Origin: Spironucleus salmonicida
Lineage: Eukaryota
Assembly: GCF_000497125.1 (NCBI RefSeq)
Contig: NC_090600.1
Location: forward strand, 496,001 to 560,000
Reading direction: 5' to 3'
Length of the DNA: 64,000 nt
Part shown: positions 52,101 through 64,000 of the stretch, piece after piece
Layout: each line of letters begins with the position of its first letter
Numbering within the stretch: position 1 is the first letter of the stretch
Notes under the pieces: model-generated
The model's input: only the letters and a program-made list of their open reading frames with translations
Told to the model about the DNA's origin: nothing
The model's database searches: none
Translations under genes and position numbers: made by a program

Positions 52101-55100
52101 TCTCTAGGCCCAGGCCGAAGAACAGCGCGCGGCGTACGAACAATAGCTAACTGCCCTCAACGAGGAACTAGAGGAGTTGAAGCTGAGCGAATCAGACTTG
52201 ATCGCAGAAAACGACGAACTTCAAGGCAAGGTCGACGAGCTTGAGGAAGTTCTCGAATACGTCAACCAGCAGAGCACTTCTAAGCGCGACTCTATCGGCC
52301 TCCTCGGCAGGGAGCTCGATGACTTTAAGGACGCCTTCAAGCAGCTTTCTACCTCCAACGAGGAAACCCTGCGCGAGGTAGCCGCATTGCGTGCCGATAA
52401 GCAACTACTCCAGAGCGAGGTTGAAGAGCTTCGCAACCAAATGCAGAACCTCGCCGAGCAGCTAGAAGATACCCAGCGCGAGAACACCGCCGCCCAGGAC
52501 GCAACTACCGACCTCTAAGAACGTCTTGCACGCGAAACCGAGTCTCTCACCCGCACCGTGGCCGAAAAGGAGCAGGCTGTCTACCAGTTACAGCAGGAGC
52601 TCGAGTCCAAACAGGCCGAGTCCCAGCAGCCAATCGCCACCCTCGAGCCCGCCGCAGACACACCCGTAATGGTCGCACAGACCAGTTAGACTGAAGTCGC
52701 CCTCGACTAGCTTGAGGCTCTCTAGGCCCAGGCCGAAGAACAGCGCGCGGCGTACGAACAATAGCTAACTGCCCTCAACGAGGAACTAGAGGAGTTGAAG
52801 CTGAGCGAATCAGACTTGATCGCAGAAAACGACGAACTTCAAGGCAAGGTCGACGAGCTTGAGGAAGTTCTCGAATACGTCAACCAGCAGAGCACTTCTA
52901 AGCGCGACTCTATCGGCCTCCTCGACAGGGAGCTCGATGACTTTAAGGACGCCTTCAAGCAGCTTTCTACCTCCAACGAGGAAACCCTGCGCGAGGTAGC
53001 CGCATTGCGTGCCGATAAGCAACTACTCCAGAGCGAGGTTGAAGAGCTTCGCAACCAAATGCAGAACCTCGCCGAGCAGCTAGAAGATACCCAGCGCGAG
53101 AACACCGCCGCCCAGGACGCAACTACCGACCTCTAAGAACGTCTTGCACGCGAAACCGAGTCTCTCACCCGCACCGTGGCCGAAAAGGAGCAGGCTGTCT
53201 ACCAGTTACAGCAGGAGCTCGAGTCCAAACAGGCCGAGTCCCAGCAGCCAATCGCCACCCTCGAGCCCGCCGCAGACACACCCGTAATGGTCGCACAGAC
53301 CAGTTAGACTGAAGTCGCCCTCGACTAGCTTGAGGCTCTCTAGGCCCAGGCCGAAGAACAGCGCGCGGCGTACGAACAATAGCTAACTGCCCTCAACGAG
53401 GAACTAGAGGAGTTGAAGCTGAGCGAATCAGACTTGATCGCAGAAAACGACGAACTTCAAGGCAAGGTCGACGAGCTTGAGGAAGTTCTCGAATACGTCA
53501 ACCAGCAGAGCACTTCTAAGCGCGACTCTATCGGCCTCCTCGACAGGGAGCTCGATGACTTTAAGGACGCCTTCAAGCAGCTTTCTACCTCCAACGAGGA
53601 AACCCTGCGCGAGGTAGCCGCATTGCGTGCCGATAAGCAACTACTCCAGAGCGAGGTTGAAGAGCTTCGCAACCAAATGCAGAACCTCGCCGAGCAGCTA
53701 GAAGATACCCAGCGCGAGAACACCGCCGCCCAGGACGCAACTACCGACCTCTAAGAACGTCTTGCACGCGAAACCGAGTCTCTCACCCGCACCGTGGCCG
53801 AAAAGGAGCAGGCTGTCTACCAGTTACAGCAGGAGCTCGAGTCCAAACAGGCCGAGTCCCAGCAGCCAATCGCCACCCTCGAGCCCGCCGCAGGCACACC
53901 CGTAATGGTCGCACAGACCAGTTAGACTGAAGTCGCCCTCGACTAGCTTGAGGCTCTCTAGGCCCAGGCCGAAGAACAGCGCGCGGCGTACGAACAATAG
54001 CTAACTGCCCTCAACGAGGAACTAGAGGAGTTGAAGCTGAGCGAATCAGACTTGATCGCAGAAAACGACGAACTTCAAGGCAAGGTCGACGAGCTTGAGG
54101 AAGTTCTCGAATACGTCAACCAGCAGAGCACTTCTAAGCGCGACTCTATCGGCCTCCTCGACAGGGAGCTCGATGACTTTAAGGACGCCTTCAAGCAGCT
54201 TTCTACCTCCAACGAGGAAACCCTGCGCGAGGTAGCCGCATTGCGTGCCGATAAGCAACTACTCCAGAGCGAGGTTGAAGAGCTTCGCAACCAAATGCAG
54301 AACCTCGCCGAGCAGCTAGAAGATACCCAGCGCGAGAACACCGCCGCCCAGGACGCAACTACCGACCTCTAAGAACGTCTTGCACGCGAAACCGAGTCTC
54401 TCACCCGCACCGTGGCCGAAAAGGAGCAGGCTGTCTACCAGTTACAGCAGGAGCTCGAGTCCAAACAGGCCGAGTCCCAGCAGCCAATCGCCACCCTCGA
54501 GCCCGCCGCAGACACACCCGTAATGGTCGCACAGACCAGTTAGACTGAAGTCGCCCTCGACTAGCTTGAGGCTCTCTAGGCCCAGGCCGAAGAACAGCGC
54601 GCGGCGTACGAACAATAGCTAACTGCCCTCAACGAGGAACTAGAGGAGTTGAAGCTGAGCGAATCAGACTTGATCGCAGAAAACGACGAACTTCAAGGCA
54701 AGGTCGACGAGCTTGAGGAAGTTCTCGAATACGTCAACCAGCAGAGCACTTCTAAGCGCGACTCTATCGGCCTCCTCGGCAGGGAGCTCGATGACTTTAA
54801 GGACGCCTTCAAGCAGCTTTCTACCTCCAACGAGGAAACCCTGCGCGAGGTAGCCGCATTGCGTGCCGATAAGCAACTACTCCAGAGCGAGGTTGAAGAG
54901 CTTCGCAACCAAATGCAGAACCTCGCCGAGCAGCTAGAAGATACCCAGCGCGAGAACACCGCCGCCCAGGACGCAACTACCGACCTCTAAGAACGTCTTG
55001 CACGCGAAACCGAGTCTCTCACCCGCACCGTGGCCGAAAAGGAGCAGGCTGTCTACCAGTTACAGCAGGAGCTCGAGTCCAAACAGGCCGAGTCCCAGCA

Positions 55101-57318
55101 GCCAATCGCCACCCTCGAGCCCGCCGCAGGCACACCCGTAATGGTCGCACAGACCAGTTAGACTGAAGTCGCCCTCGACTAGCTTGAGGCTCTCTAGGCC
55201 CAGGCCGAAGAACAGCGCGCGGCGTACGAACAATAGCTAACTGCCCTCAACGAGGAACTAGAGGAGTTGAAGCTGAGCGAATCAGACTTGATCGCAGAAA
55301 ACGACGAACTTCAAGGCAAGGTCGACGAGCTTGAGGAAGTTCTCGAATACGTCAACCAGCAGAGCACTTCTAAGCGCGACTCTATCGGCCTCCTCGACAG
55401 GGAGCTCGATGACTTTAAGGACGCCTTCAAGCAGCTTTCTACCTCCAACGAGGAAACCCTGCGCGAGGTAGCCGCATTGCGTGCCGATAAGCAACTACTC
55501 CAGAGCGAGGTTGAAGAGCTTCGCAACCAAATGCAGAACCTCGCCGAGCAGCTAGAAGATACCCAGCGCGAGAACACCGCCGCCCAGGACGCAACTACCG
55601 ACCTCTAAGAACGTCTTGCACGCGAAACCGAGTCTCTCACCCGCACCGTGGCCGAAAAGGAGCAGGCTGTCTACCAGTTACAGCAGGAGCTCGAGTCCAA
55701 ACAGGCCGAGTCCCAGCAGCCAATCGCCACCCTCGAGCCCGCCGCAGACACACCCGTAATGGTCGCACAGACCAGTTAGACTGAAGTCGCCCTCGACTAG
55801 CTTGAGGCTCTCTAGGCCCAGGCCGAAGAACAGCGCGCGGCGTACGAACAATAGCTAACTGCCCTCAACGAGGAACTAGAGGAGTTGAAGCTGAGCGAAT
55901 CAGACTTGATCGCAGAAAACGACGAACTTCAAGGCAAGGTCGACGAGCTTGAGGAAGTTCTCGAATACGTCAACCAGCAGAGCACTTCTAAGCGCGACTC
56001 TATCGGCCTCCTCGGCAGGGAGCTCGATGACTTTAAGGACGCCTTCAAGCAGCTTTCTACCTCCAACGAGGAAACCCTGCGCGAGGTAGCCGCATTGCGT
56101 GCCGATAAGCAACTACTCCAGAGCGAGGTTGAAGAGCTTCGCAACCAAATGCAGAACCTCGCCGAGCAGCTAGAAGATACCCAGCGCGAGAACACCGCCG
56201 CCCAGGACGCAACTACCGACCTCTAAGAACGTCTTGCACGCGAAACCGAGTCTCTCACCCGCACCGTGGCCGAAAAGGAGCAGGCTGTCTACCAGTTACA
56301 GCAGGAGCTCGAGTCCAAACAGGCCGAGTCCCAGCAGCCAATCGCCACCCTCGAGCCCGCCGCAGACACACCCGTAATGGTCGCACAGACCAGTTAGACT
56401 GAAGTCGCCCTCGACTAGCTTGAGGCTCTCTAGGCCCAGGCCGAAGAACAGCGCGCGGCGTACGAACAATAGCTAACTGCCCTCAACGAGGAACTAGAGG
56501 AGTTGAAGCTGAGCGAATCAGACTTGATCGCAGAAAACGACGAACTTCAAGGCAAGGTCGACGAGCTTGAGGAAGTTCTCGAATACGTCAACCAGCAGAG
56601 CACTTCTAAGCGCGACTCTATCGGCCTCCTCGGCAGGGAGCTCGATGACTTTAAGGACGCCTTCAAGCAGCTTTCTACCTCCAACGAGGAAACCCTGCGC
56701 GAGGTAGCCGCATTGCGTGCCGATAAGCAACTACTCCAGAGCGAGGTTGAAGAGCTTCGCAACCAAATGCAGAACCTCGCCGAGCAGCTAGAAGATACCC
56801 AGCGCGAGAACACCGCCGCCCAGGACGCAACTACCGACCTCTAAGAACGTCTTGCACGCGAAACCGAGTCTCTCACCCGCACCGTGGCCGAAAAGGAGCA
56901 GGCTGTCTACCAGTTACAGCAGGACCTTAAGGAAACCTTATCTTAGCTTACATAATTGAAAATTACATCTCTATAATAAAATGAAATCTAAATATAAGAA
57001 AGACAGAAACTTCTATTATAAAACTCATTGTATAGCTCTGAGTCTACATATGTTGAAGAAGGTTAATAGGAATTCAGTTGCGAATAATAAACGCAAAAGC
57101 AAAGTTAGATATTACTAGAAAGCTAGTAATCAGAAATGTAGATTACGCAATCTATTCATAAATAGATTTCATTGAAATAACTTGATCAAAATGATGAAGA
57201 TGATATAAAATCATGTTATCTTATTGTTCTATCTGAATTATATAAAGCATAGGATGATATACTAAAGATGAAGTATAAACAATTAATTTAAGAAGAGGAT
57301 TTGAAATATAATAAGTGA
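34139..57318 (+). CDS. Giant repetitive coiled-coil protein, ~7726 aa if the 1-nt gap at ~50453 is an error
   Basis: Open from ATG 34139 (MSLLNSFKNQ...) through the 582-bp and 618-bp arrays to AAG-TGA at 57316-57318; one frameshift in unit 12 of the 618-bp array. Confidence 0.82.
35160..43357. repeat. Coding tandem repeat A, 582-bp unit (194 aa) x14
   Basis: GATATCGCAGTTACAG recurs at 35161, 35743 ... 38071, 40981 and 43309 (period 582). Confidence 0.97.
43316..56924. repeat. Coding tandem repeat B, 618-bp unit (206 aa) x22
   Basis: Track ORF MKLSESD... recurs 22 times at +618, once at +617. Confidence 0.97.
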
Positions 57319-57931
57319 TTTATTATTATTTTCGCTTTAAATTAGATTCGAATAGAGTGGCACCTATCAACTAAAATATTTGTGCTAAGTAATTGTTTAA
57401 TCTGTTCTTAAATATTATTTATAAAAAGCAAAGTAATATTGTGATTAATTATTATATTTTATTTGCTCGTTATATAAAATTAATGCTTAATAAGTAGGTT
57501 AGATATATTATAATGTATATTAATAGTAGATATTATGTTAAAAGATCATATAAAACCTGAATCAATTCAATTTTACATTTTAGTATTTATTATTCCACTT
57601 CATTAGAAGACAAATCAAGTTAAAGTGGTAATAGTGGTGAAACTCTTAGAACCTATGTGGATTAATTACCTATGAAATTATTTTATCATTTTTATTCATC
57701 ATGAAAATAATAATTGGAGCATAACAATAAATGTGATGGTGGATATTTTACAAATGATTATTTCATGATGATTTTTATTTTTAATACCAATTTTCAAGAA
57801 AATCTCTTAAAACCCTTTCATCTATTATTCAAATGTTCTAAACTATCTTATAGTTTCTCGCCATGAAATCTAAATATAATTATATTATTATATACTATAA
57901 ATCAGTAAATTACTCCGCTTAATATCTATAA

Positions 57932-59509
57932 ATGGAATAAACAGAACTAGGGGTAACGCTTGATTTCTAGGTTATATTATTGAAATATTAATAAATTCTC
58001 TAATAAAAGAACTAGCTATAGCGTGCTTTAGTAGAGTTAGAGAGTAGAAACTAAGAACAACAAACAATTATTTTCAAGCTTTAGAATTAACATTAACATG
58101 AGTGCTCAAAGGCTAGCGGTTTGAAGCTGCAGATACATAGAAGTTAAACAAATCTTACAGAGTCTGCTCTGTCTCATAATCAACAAACAACATAGCTAGC
58201 TACGCAGCTTCAAGAGTCCTAAAAAGAACTATTTACATCCAAATCGGACATTATTAATAAAGATAATCAGCTTTAAAAAATTAAAAAAGAAGTATAAGAT
58301 CTAACAAGCGAAAACGAGCGGCTGCTAACACGAACTTATGACCTACAGACTCAGATCGCAAAAGATGTAATAAACCCACACGCCAGCTACAATAAGCAGT
58401 ATCAAAATCTAATATATACCTAACTAGAATAGGAAAATGAGCTTCTACGTGCTTTATGTAATTAGAATAAAATTGACACCTCGCCTCTGGCGCAGCTGCA
58501 GTAGAAATTTTGCACGCACAAACGCGTACTCGACGCACAATTCAAATCAGAAACAGTTTAACAAGTCGATGCTTTACAGAGATAACTCTAGACCGAGGTA
58601 GAGAGACTGTAAATAGACGTGCAGTGTGCTGAAATCGGCGCTGGAGCACAGAAGGCGACAGACTCGTTCTGGCGCGAGTAGTAAGTGTTGCTAATTGCGC
58701 GGTGCAAGAACCAGCAGACCAAAACCGGCGTAAAAGGTCTCGAGGTACACGCGCTGCTCGCTCAAGTGCGGGAGCTCATGGACGACCTGCAGACCGCGAG
58801 AATCCTCCAGAACCTGCAGGACCTAAACGCCGCAGAGCTTGCCATAGCGCTGGGTGCGCAGGTGTCCAAAACTTCGGGCTGTTAAGTCGAAGTCCGTGCG
58901 CTGAGAGCCGAAAATGCCGAAATTCACGCCAGCAGTGCGCATGAAATCCGCTCACTTTGTGAGATGTTCAGCATAAAAATCTGTAGTTTACTTGATGAGA
59001 TTTCTCTTTAAGATTAATCTATAGATAAAATTGGTGCAGCAGTCGGGGGTGATGAACTTGAGATTTACTAAGTAGCTCAGGCATAATTCAACTCTTAGCT
59101 GAAGCAGAAACTCTTACGGTCTAAATTGCAGAAACGGTGCTTCCTGCGAAAACTTATTGTAACCCTGCGCGCCAACCAGATGATATAAGGTAATTTTTAT
59201 ACGCAGATTACAAGTTTGGAAGCGCAATTATAAGAACAAAAGGATCTTCTGGTGCGCTTCCAGGAGGAGTCCGAGGCCCGCGAACGGGTGTTTTCTGAGG
59301 AGCGCAGTGCGCAGCAGGAGCTTCTCCAGGCTATGGAGCGGTCGGAAAAGAACTTCCTGCAGCAGGAGGCCTCAATGCGCGACATGTTGGACGTGGAACG
59401 GCTTAAAATGCGTTGTCTGGAAACTGAGAATGATAAGCTCAACGCCAGTTTGCGTGAGGTTGAGAAAGTGGCTGAGACTTACAGAGAGAAATTTGGACGC
59501 GTTATGTGA
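57932..59509 (+). CDS. Coiled-coil protein, 525 aa
   Basis: TGA-free frame from ATG 57932 (MEQTELGV...) joining track ORFs 58685 and 59252. Confidence 0.82.
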
Positions 59510-59535
59510 TGAGTTTTGTCAAAATTATCAATATT

Positions 59536-60264
59536 TCACTTCGTTTGCCTCTCGATTACTAGTGCTTCCTTCAGGCGATTTATCTCCCTCTAGGCCTCTT
59601 CGTAATTATAGTTTAAGGCTTCATATCGATAGTATGTGTACTATTAATTTCTGAGCATATTTCTTTGCTCATGTAGCTCGTTCCGCTACCTTTCAACCTC
59701 ATCGAGTAAGAATCTCACATCATCAGATTCGATGTTATCTCGTATTCTTTATAATTAGTAGTCAAAGGATTAATTTTGATTTTTAAGGCTTGATGTCAAC
59801 AATATAAGTTCCTTTTGAGTCTGTTTATGTTTCTCAAGTAGTTCGTCAACAACTATTATTTTTTCGTGATTGTTGAGGTCACCACTTGTCATTTCTGACT
59901 TCAGTATCGAGAGCTAGCTTACAAACTTATTGTTTTTATCACTAACTTTTTGTATGTACGATGAATTAGTAGAGATATTGGATCTGTCTTCAAATGGAGT
60001 TTCAATATATGATGAACTTGCTCTAGTATGAGATAGTGTACTACCTAGGCCATTTAGATTGCAGGTAAGTCCTCTTACCTTACTTCTAATAGACTGCAAT
60101 TAGATGTCCAAATTTCTTGATTCTGCTTCCAGTTATAGTTTAAATGCACTAGTTGAAATACTTGGGCGTATGATTGAAACCTCTTGGTTGATTGAATCAT
60201 CAATTTTTGACGTACTTTAGATGTCTATTTCAGAGAAAGATATATCGTTTTTGCTCAGCTACAT
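59536..60264 (-). CDS. Hypothetical protein with C-terminal coiled-coil, 242 aa
   Basis: ATG 60264 (MQLSKNDISF...), includes track ORF 59914-60099, ends AAG-TGA. Confidence 0.78.
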
Positions 60265-60793
60265 TTTAAAAATTTGATAAATACGTTAATATGTTAAAAT
60301 AATATTATATATATTTGTGGTTTTTATCAGTTTAACAAGGCGAGTATGAGTAAATTTTAGTTTTGTTTATTTCTAGATGAATGAAACCACAAGTTCTAAT
60401 AATAAAAATACTCAACTTTTTACTAAATAGATAATAATTGGCTAAATTAAATCTATTTATTTTTATGTTATTTATGAAGATTTTAAAAAGTTGATAAAAT
60501 AAACTTTTTTGGTAAATTTATTATATATAGTTAAGGATTTTTGAAAATAAAATCAGATATATTTAACTATACCTTTACTTATATGAGTAAAATAAGATAT
60601 GTTCTAATATATAATTTTAAACGGTGAATTCAAATAATTTTTTATATTATAATTAAATAATGAGGTTTATTATCAGAAATTAAGATCTTGAAAATACTAA
60701 TTATGATTTATCTAATAGTATGTTAAGTTTTAGTCAAAGGTATATTATTTTATATATTATTACAATACATAATGATTTGCCACCGCTTTAAAT

Positions 60794-63700
60794 ATGCCAC
60801 CTTCATAGAAAACACTTCATATAGCCAAAAAATATGGTAACGTTAAGGATTAAATTTATATATTTAAATCAGGACTTAATGAATCATCCTTAAATATAAG
60901 CTAACTTGATAAGCATGAATAGAAAATATAACAAATACAAAATAGTGGTCACTATTCTCCAACTGTCCCTATTATTACTGATTAAAAAGATCATCTAGAT
61001 GCATAAATTTAAGAGAATATTTTATCTATAGAGGTAGCAAGTTTGGTAACAGAGAATAAAGCTTTAAGATAAATCATATAGGAATAAAATAACAAGATTT
61101 GTTCATTCAAACTTAGCTTTACCACTGTATAGGCAGATTTATAATAAGTATAGTAACTTAATGATAAATTAAGGGATAAATCAACTGAATCATGTAAATT
61201 TTGTGATTCTATGAGTAAAAATCTAGAGGAGTAGATATAAATAAATTAAGAACTGTCTAAAGATATTAATTAAGTAAAAGATGAACTTATTTTATTAAAA
61301 GAATAATACTAACTGGATGATAATATTCTATAGGGCGAATTTTAAATAGTTCAATATGAATAAGAAATTAAAGATCTATAAACTAAAATTTAAGAATTGG
61401 AATCTGTTAATATTTAATCTAACATTGAGTAAGATTATTGTTGCTTACAAAATTAAATAAATTAACTGGAAAAAGATGCATTGTTGTAAGTAGCAAAAAA
61501 GAAAAGCCTTAAAAATTAAATTAATGAATTATTATAGTTAAACAATGATTACAAGCAGATTATTGATCAGTAAGAAGTTTAAACTTAGCTATTTAGGAAA
61601 GAAATGAACGAATATAAATAAATTTAAAAAGCTTAATCATAACTATTTTAAGATTCACTAAATGATAAAGATTACTTAATTACGGAGGTTGAATAAGAGC
61701 TAAAGAATTAGAAAATATAATTTTAAGAGAAAATTGATCAGTTTAAAGATTAGTTGATAGTTCAAAATTCCGAAAATAGTAAACTAGCAAGAATATAGTT
61801 TAATACTGATGAAACGACAATTTAAGATTTTTAGATTAAACTGGAAGAATTATAAATGATTAATAAATAACTGTAGGAAAATTTAATATAAAAGGAATAA
61901 ATTATCAATTCATTAAATTCACACTAGAAGACTGCTCACAATAACAGCGCAAATGAACAAAATTAACTGCATAACGTTTAAAATGTTTTAAACACAAAAG
62001 ATAAATAGATCATTGTATTATAATAAAATATTAATGATTTGGATGCTAGATTTGATAGTTTATAACAAATAAACAATTAACTATAAGAAAACTTCTCAGA
62101 AAATTAAAAAAATACATCATAAAAAGACATTACAATATAAAATTATGCAAAGGATTTAACCAATCTTTAGTTTCAATATACAGAAGTATAAAAAAATTTA
62201 GCTCACTGTTAAGCATCAATGAATTCTTTTAATATTGATTTATAAAATTATTAAGACGTAATTTTTTAAAAAGAAAAAGAAATTATTAGTTTGAAAAGTT
62301 AAATTTTACAGATAGAATCGCACAATTCAAAACTATAAAAATAAGACACTACTGAATATACAAAATCACAATAATTATCATATTTAGCGGGACCTTCACC
62401 AGACACTAAAATAGGTACCAATACCTACCCAGCTACAGAATAAAACGAAATTCCTACCAATTAACATATTGAATCTGATTAATCCAATACACCAGGACTC
62501 GATAATACTTACTTAAAAACACAATCATCTCTCACTAACTGCAAATTATTGCAAGAACAAGTTTATGCCCTAAATATCGAAAATTTATAGCTTAAATCTG
62601 AGCATTTTCAAGCGTAAAACCTTGCACAAACCACTGCTCAGGAAATTGAACTCCTGAAAAACTAAATAGAAATATTAACAAATACAGTGAACGATTTGAA
62701 CAGACAAAACTCGTCTTTTACGTCATTTTTAGATACCTCACAAACTGCAGAGAACTCAAAAATCAATAAAATTTTAACCTCGAAAACCGCAGAACTCACT
62801 GCCCTGCACACCGAAAACTCAAACCTCCAATCTCAGCTCCAAATTGCACTACACTAAAATCTTCAGCTCACGCAGCGAATCGAAGCATAAGAAATGGAAA
62901 TTCAAAATCAAATTGAAAAAATATAATTTTTAACTCAAAATTTAAATTCTCTAAAACAGTCAGAAACTTCGTACATCGAAATTCTCTCAGAAAACAACCC
63001 CCAAGTGCTCAAATTCGAACTGAGCGAGGCCGAAAAGCGTCTCAAAAGCGAGAAGTTGCAGGCCCAGGAACTCCTCAAAATCGCCGAAAAATTGCAGGAA
63101 AAACTTGACGCCAAAAAGTCGAAAATCGAGATTCTGACGAGCGAAAATCGGCGTTTTTAGCTCTAAATTATCGACCTGGAGAACCAGATTCAGCTTGAAA
63201 AAATGGGTCAAAATGAAGCGGATTTCGGCGGTTTTCAGGCCAAAATTAAGCTCATCGAAGAAGCGAATTTAAGCGTCTAGAGGAGTTTGCTTGAAGGTGA
63301 TAAAGGGAGCGGAAATGAAATAGGAGTGGAAAGTTAAAATCTAAATGCTATTTAAAAAGAAATGGAAAATCAAATTGTAAGTCAATTTGAAACTGAAATA
63401 AACGACTTAAAGGCTGAAAATGAGAATTTGAAGTAGCAGATTGACCGTTTGGAGCAGGAAATCGAAGCCCTGAGGGCGCAGAACGCGGGACTTTTGCAGG
63501 CCGAAGAAAACGATTTCCAGAAGGGCGAAGCTCAGATTCAAACAGAGCAAAACTGGGAATTAAACACCGTGGAAAAGGCCCCCGAGGCCTCAATTTAGAG
63601 CAAAAACTCGCCCCCGGACGGCACGGACGAGGTCATCGAGTACTACCGGCAGCAGCTGCACGAGGCGCACAACATGCTCCGGGACCCGAAATACAGCATG

Positions 63701-63883
63701 TACAGGCTCGAAACGATGCGCCACGACCACAAAGTACTGGCCAGGCAGTTCGACGCTGTGAGCCAGCAGCTCGCCGCCGAAAGGGAGGCGCAGAAGCGGA
63801 TGGAGGCCGCGAACGAGGTGCTCCGGATCGAGGTGCTGAACTTAAGCTGCGGCCGCAAAACGCTTGAAAATGAGGCTGAGTGA
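60794..63883 (+). CDS. Long coiled-coil protein, 1029 aa
   Basis: TGA-free frame from ATG 60794 (MPPSQKTL...) to GAG-TGA at 63883; Q/E/K/N-rich heptads. Confidence 0.85.
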
Positions 63884-64000
63884 GCGTTGGACTTAACGAA
63901 GGTGAAGCATTTCGGTGTCTGCGCTAGGTAATTGTGGGGGAAATTAAGTAGATAGTAAAGTAGGGCTATTGAGGTTTGCAGAGTAAAAACAGTGTGTCTA

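Overview
Gene-dense eukaryotic DNA using the non-canonical code TAA/TAG=Gln with TGA as the only stop, so the supplied standard-code ORF track is fragmented. I re-translated all genes by hand. The code, apparently intron-less genes, short intergenic gaps, stops embedded in AGTGA and cysteine-rich membrane proteins point to a hexamitine diplomonad such as Spironucleus (inference). Contents: (1) two near-identical inverted copies of a ~1334-aa CXXC/EGF cysteine-rich membrane protein; (2) two divergent paralogous ~520-aa type-I membrane proteins; (3) housekeeping genes: RidA-like, V-ATPase d, ELMO domain, PI synthase, RPL7 and a divergent ASF1; (4) two giant coiled-coil genes built from near-perfect GC-rich tandem repeats, one with 12x660 bp (~3002 aa) and one with 14x582 bp plus 22x618 bp (~7700 aa); (5) further coiled-coil genes. 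The most notable candidates are a membrane-tethered bZIP-like protein (ATF6/CREB3/bZIP60-type architecture) and a modular giant coiled-coil carrying dozens of regularly spaced LC8-type QT motifs, with a repeat motif shared between the two giant genes. I could not resolve genes in the AT-rich stretches 3.9-5.5 kb, 23.2-26.1 kb, 32.3-33.2 kb and 57.3-57.9 kb.
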